From Emiliania huxleyi CCMP1516 (taxonomy: Eukaryota): a DNA stretch of 64,000 nt. Positions 59,501 through 64,000 of this stretch are shown here, piece after piece; position 1 is the stretch's first letter, and the number at the start of each line of letters is the position of its first letter. Under the pieces are notes generated by a model. That model had not been told where the DNA came from. It did no database searches and was given only the letters and a program-made list of their open reading frames with translations. Location of the stretch: the NCBI RefSeq assembly GCF_000372725.1, contig NW_005202427.1, positions 558,001-622,000 on the forward strand, in the 5' to 3' direction. The position numbers and the translations under genes are program-made.

Positions 59501-61166
59501 CACGGCTCGCCGCCCGGAGATGCAGAGAGCATCAGCGCGAAAGCGCGCAGCGCCGCCGGCTCAACCTCCGCCGCCGCCGCCTCCTCCGCCTCCTCCGCCG
59601 CGTGCCCCGCCTCTGGCGCGACCCGCTCGAACACCTCCTTCGCCTGCGCCGCCTGCTTCGTGCGCGCGCAGGCGAGGAGCAGCTGCGAGGCTGCGGCGGG
59701 CGGCAGCGCGAGCCCGAGTGATCCCATCTCCGAGTAGAGGCCGTGCGCTGCCCTCGCGGGGGAGGGGTGGGAGCGGGCGAGCGCCGCGCGGCAGCTCGCG
59801 CGCAGCAGCGACTCGTACGCCTCCGCCGAGCCGGCCAGCCTGAGGAAGGTTCCGAGAAGGCTCCGAGAAGGCTCCGCGCCTCGCACGCCTCCGCCGACCC
59901 GGCCAAGCCCTGCGGCGCGCAGGGAGCGGAGCAGGCCCACCCCGCAAGCCACCTGCTGTGCAAGAGCAAACCTCTACACCCTCCTCTCATACCTCCTCCT
60001 CCGGACCGCGCTACAAGCCACTGCAGCAGCCTGCTGGGCGCCGCCCGCGGCGCCGCACGCCGCGGCGAGCGAGGAAGCGAGGGGCGCGTCCCAGCCGCCG
60101 CCCGGCGCGGCGATGGCGGCGTCGTGCGCCTCGAGCGCCTATCATTGATTGACAACAACTCGAGCGCCCGCCATTGACTGATCGTCACCACCTCGGTCGC
60201 CTGGCCACACGGCGCCGCTGCTGCTGGTGAACAGAAGAGGGTGGGGAAGAGGGGGTGGCGAGAGGCGGCGACAGGTGGCGAGGAGGGGGCGAGAGGCGGC
60301 GAGGAGGCGGCGAGAGGCGGCGAGAGGCGGCAGAGGTGAGAGGTGCGATCGCGCGGAGAGGCGAGTGGCTGCGGGGTCGTGCGGGAGCCGGCTCAGAGGC
60401 TCAGGAGGTGCCGAGGTTGGCTGGAGAGGTGGCCGAGGTGTGACATGAGGAGAGTTGGCTGCGGAGAGGCAGCTAGGGGGGCGCTGCAGTCGGAAGTGTC
60501 TCGGAGGTGTCTCGGAGGCGTCTCGGAGGTGTCTCGGAAGTGTCTCGGAGGTGCTTCGGCCTGCTCGAGGGTGCCCTCGCGCAGGCAGGCGCGGGCAAGG
60601 CCGCGCGCTAGCTCGGGCGGGAGCTGGCCGCCCGCCGCCTTGACCGTCGAGAAGACGGCGAAGCTCATCTGCGCGAGCCGCGGCTCTGCGGCGCAGCAGC
60701 CGACCAGCGCGGCCGACGTCTTGAGGCTAGGAGAGAGCGAGGCGTCGATGGCTGTGAGGAACACGCCAAAGGCGTCGTCGTAGCTCTGGCTCTCGAGCAG
60801 CGAGCCGATGTACTTCTCGAGCGGCGGGAGCTCCGGCGCGACACCCGCCTCGCCCAGCACGCGCCAGGCGGTGCGAGCGCTCGGCAGCATCGACGGCTCG
60901 CGGCAGCAGGCGTAGAGGAGGGCGTTGAAGTTCAGTCCCGCCTTGACCAGCGCGGCCGGACCGTCGGCGAGGGCCAGGCCGCGCTCAAAGGCCGAGTAGG
61001 CGGCGGTGTTGTGACGGTGGAGGGACAGGAGGTTGGAGGTGGCGGCAAGCAGCGGGAGCGGGAGCGGCGTCACCGGGTCGATCGACACAAAGGCCTGCGC
61101 GGTGGCCGACGGGTCCTTGGCCTCGAGGCCGCGCCTCAAGCGCGCGACGAGGTCGTCGTCCGCCAT
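54334..61166 (-). CDS. Large multi-exon protein: PPR-like helical repeats, coiled coil, C-terminal SET domain
   Basis: ATG 61166; PPR-like FNALLYACCR, AYESLLRASCR, WATLLDAACR, AAFDVFEEL; SET GLYAGED.PKGE, GNEARFLND, ELLVDYG. Coding exons continue on one strand, but a single gene is inferred, not proven. Confidence 0.65.
54793..54829 (-). repeat. 37-bp intron-end cassette
   Basis: Minus strand GTGAACAGCGCCTCTTCACACCTCCAGCTGTGAACAG. Confidence 0.9.
55316..55352 (-). repeat. 37-bp intron-end cassette
   Basis: Minus strand GTGAACGGCGCCTCTTCACACCTCCTCCTGTGAATAG. Confidence 0.9.
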
Positions 61167-61268
61167 CCTTGAGGGCTCAGCCCGCGGTGCAGCGCTGTGC
61201 GGCGCGAGCGGCGTTTTCTTTTATTATTCTGGTTTTTTTTCTTAGTGTGTTAGCCGCACGCACGTAGC

Positions 61269-61823
61269 ATGAAGCGCAAGCCGGCTGCACGTCCCGTCGC
61301 AGAAGCAGCAGCAGCCCGCCCCGACGATATGTTCGGCCTGATGCTCGATCCGGTCGTGCCCGCCGGGCAGGCCGTCCCACCGCCACCACCAGACGCCTCC
61401 GTTGCTCCTGCTGCTGCGACGGCAGACGCTCGCTTCACGCTGCGTTCGGTGGTCTCCTTCGAGTCCAAGGCCGACGGCGAAAAGCTGCATCCGATCGATG
61501 CGAAACGAAAACTTGAGAAGTCGCTCGCGGAGATTAAGGCGGCGAAGCTAGCGAGAAGAGCGGAGCGGCAGGCGCGGAGACCGGCTGCGAGCAGAGCGTG
61601 AGTCGGAGCGCCTGTGGAGTCGACGGCGGCAGTGCTCGAAGAGGGAAGGAAGACGGCCCGCGACGACAAGCGCCGGCCCCGGCGGGCGTCACAGCTGGCG
61701 GCGGCTGGAGCGCTGGGACGCGGGCTGTTCCACGCGTGTCCTGGCGCGCTTCACCCGGACGAGCAGCAAAGGTGTCACCAGCGCCCAGGAGCTCGTCTCT
61801 GCCGCGACACGGCCGACGGGTGA
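61269..61823 (+). CDS. Hypothetical gene or relic, divergent from the PPR-like/SET gene
   Basis: ATG MKRKPAARP with coding-like composition; a second frame ends in a Cys/His cluster. Confidence 0.3.
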
Positions 61824-63444
61824 ACGGCGTGGTGTGTGTTTTGTGTAGCCCCGCCCCGCACTGCAGCGCATTTACCGGGACCGCTGCGAAATTGTTGCTC
61901 CCTCCTCCCGATCACCCCGCATGTGCCATGCCACCGGCCGCACCCCTGGCAGGGCCCCGCCCTGGTCCCTCTCCCTGGTCTCGTGCACGGCCTCCACGAG
62001 GGCCTTCTCATGCGTCGCTTTTATCCTTATATGTCAGTACGTACGGCTCTATCGGCCTCGTGGCCGCACACTAACCCTCAGCCAGCCTTTCACACCGAAA
62101 ATCTCGGGGGGTTCCGCGAGCCCCGACCTCGGACAGAGGGGGATCCGATCGTGGTGCTGGCGTGTGTGGCGCACATGTGTGGCGCATGCGCCACACAGCT
62201 CGATGCTCACCCACTTTCTCAGCACATTCACGTCACACCTCGAGACCACGCTCCGAGGTACATGCACATACCATGTATGGCGAATGCGGTTGCGGAATCG
62301 GGAATGGGGAAAAGGATGCTCTCAGTCAGAAAGCTCGTCGGCTATGATTCGACGCATTGCGCCAAGGCCCAAGCTTGGCTTCCTCCACGTAAAATCCAAA
62401 GAAACCGGCATCGCAATAAACGAGGCCAGGCCCTCCCCCTCGTCGGCTGGCGGGTGACGGCACGGGCTTTGTCGGTGTGGCGGCACGCTCCTCCGGGATC
62501 GTGGGGATGTCGTCGTGGCGGGAATGCGAGTGCGACCGGGACGGAGTCAGGACGTCCCGCAGGCGCAGCGCGAGGAATTCCGAGTGGGCGGTTGCGGACG
62601 CGGTTGCGGACATCGACGCCATGGTCTCCCCGGGGCTCCCTCCCAGTAAAATTTCTGACGAATCGTCATTCCACATCATGACGTTTTTTGGATTTCGTCC
62701 GAGGACCTCCTACATGTACATGTACCCTCCTTTGGCTGAACAAGGTTTTCCTCTCGCACCCCGTCTCTTTTCCTTTCCTTTTTTCTCTGCAGCACCCTCT
62801 CTTTTCCTCTCTATTTTCCCGGGAAAACCATCAAATTTCCCGGGCTCTGAGCCGAGTCTGAGTGAGGCTTGAGCACTTGAGCACTGGATAGGGTCGATTC
62901 CGCGTGGTACGGGACCCCTCGATCGTCTCGCCCTCCCTCACTGGTATGTTCATTCAGGAGAGCCCCACCCGCACCTGCCCTGCAGGGTTCGTGAGTGAAT
63001 TTTCACACTTTCACTTTCACATGTGAATTCATGTGAATTTCACATGAAACGTTTCGGCCGCCCCCGTTTCACTGAAAATTTCACAAGTTTAGGGTGCCCA
63101 CAGGACCCAAAAGAAAATAGCTTTCCCGCTCAAAAAGGGACGCACGAGGCAAATCTGATGTTGGATTGTTCCAATAGGAGAGAGGCCTCTTCCGTCGGGG
63201 GACCGAGTTCATAGGAAACGAGGGTTTCCCATTGTGACCCGCTCGAGCGCGAGCGTGACACTGCACTTGGCGCCGACCACCTCTTTCCCGCCTGGGCGGG
63301 GCGGTGGGCGGGCGCGCGGTGCGGCGCGGCGTGTGCGTGTGTGCGTCTCCAACGAAGGACCGCTCGCAGAGGACCATTGGGTTTGTACTATTAACAACGA
63401 AGGCGCTCTCAAAAAAAGAAATCGGAGCCCGTACTACGAGTACA

Positions 63445-64000
63445 ATGATGAGTGTGTCGCCCTCCCGCAAGCGCGCCCGCACCGAGAGCGACGGTGGCGG
63501 CGAGGAGGGGGGCGAGCCCGTGGCAGTCGCGGCCGGCTTCGAGGCGCCCATCTTTGGTGCGCGCGTCGTCGGCCAGGTCACGACGCTGGCGCTCGAGGGC
63601 GAGGACGGACCTCTGGCGTCCCTCAGCCTGCGCGGCGTCGCAATCGATCACGCGGGCGGCTGGTACGTCACGACTAAGAACTCGGTGCTGCACGTCTCGG
63701 CGGCCGGGCGCGTGCGCACCGTGGCAACCTGCGAAGGCGGCGAACTCTTCGGCCTCGCCATCAGCCAAAACGGCAGCGCGCTGTTTGTGTCGGACCTCGA
63801 CGCCCACAAGATCCGGCGGGTGGAGGTGGCGACGGGTGCTGTGACGGCGATTGTGGGTAGCGGCGGAAACGGCGATGCAGACGGCGTGGGTGATGCGGCG
63901 CAGTTCGGCGAACCACGCGGTCTCACAATCAGCCCGGACGGCAGCGCGCTATTTGTGGCGGCCTGCGGCAACCACAAGATCCGGCGGGTGGAGGTGGCGA
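63445..64000 (+). CDS. NHL-repeat beta-propeller protein, runs off the window end
   Basis: Read manually from ATG 63445: GLAISQNGSALFVSDLDAHKIRRV and DGVGDAAQFGEPRGLTISPDGSALFVAACGNHKIRRV. Confidence 0.88.
   Translation, partial: MMSVSPSRKRARTESDGGGEEGGEPVAVAAGFEAPIFGARVVGQVTTLALEGEDGPLASLSLRGVAIDHAGGWYVTTKNSVLHVSAAGRVRTVATCEGGELFGLAISQNGSALFVSDLDAHKIRRVEVATGAVTAIVGSGGNGDADGVGDAAQFGEPRGLTISPDGSALFVAACGNHKIRRVEVA

Noticed and set aside
62983..63090. Cluster of GTGAA/TTCAC motifs after CAGGGTT, possible transposon end
   Set aside because: No matching second TIR or TSD found, and it does not match the 37-bp cassette beyond the pentamer.

Overview
This is a very GC-rich eukaryotic window with many introns and a 100-N gap at 43419-43518. 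GC splice donors, introns filled with 10-11 bp repeats, and AP2/ankyrin/RCC1/NHL families suggest a haptophyte of the Emiliania huxleyi type (inference). About 20 genes or gene relics are recognisable: F-box+RCC1 (frameshifted), two paralogous Ser-Pro-rich membrane proteins, a 2OG-Fe(II) oxygenase, a C2-domain protein, a JmjC hydroxylase, an ankyrin protein, a RING protein, a GT77-type glycosyltransferase, a MARCH-type RING-CH ligase, an ankyrin/kinase/RBR/UBA chimera, AP2 relics, a PX-BAR sorting nexin, a torsin-like AAA+ ATPase, a secreted repeat protein, a PPR-like+SET protein and an NHL protein. Mobile DNA includes a 4.8 kb CRE-like non-LTR retrotransposon with a 12-bp target duplication, MITEs (one hAT-type with an 8-bp TSD), a SINE-like repeat in three copies, and a truncated, intron-containing Tudor+tyrosine-recombinase gene (Crypton-like). 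The most striking unexplained pattern is a conserved 37-bp GTGAA...GTGAA(C/T)AG cassette. It occurs six times in three unrelated genes, with variants in a fourth. It is always sense-oriented, supplies the 3' splice site, and sits between duplicated copies of the adjacent exon, so it is a candidate intron-generating system. Exon structures were read by eye and are approximate.
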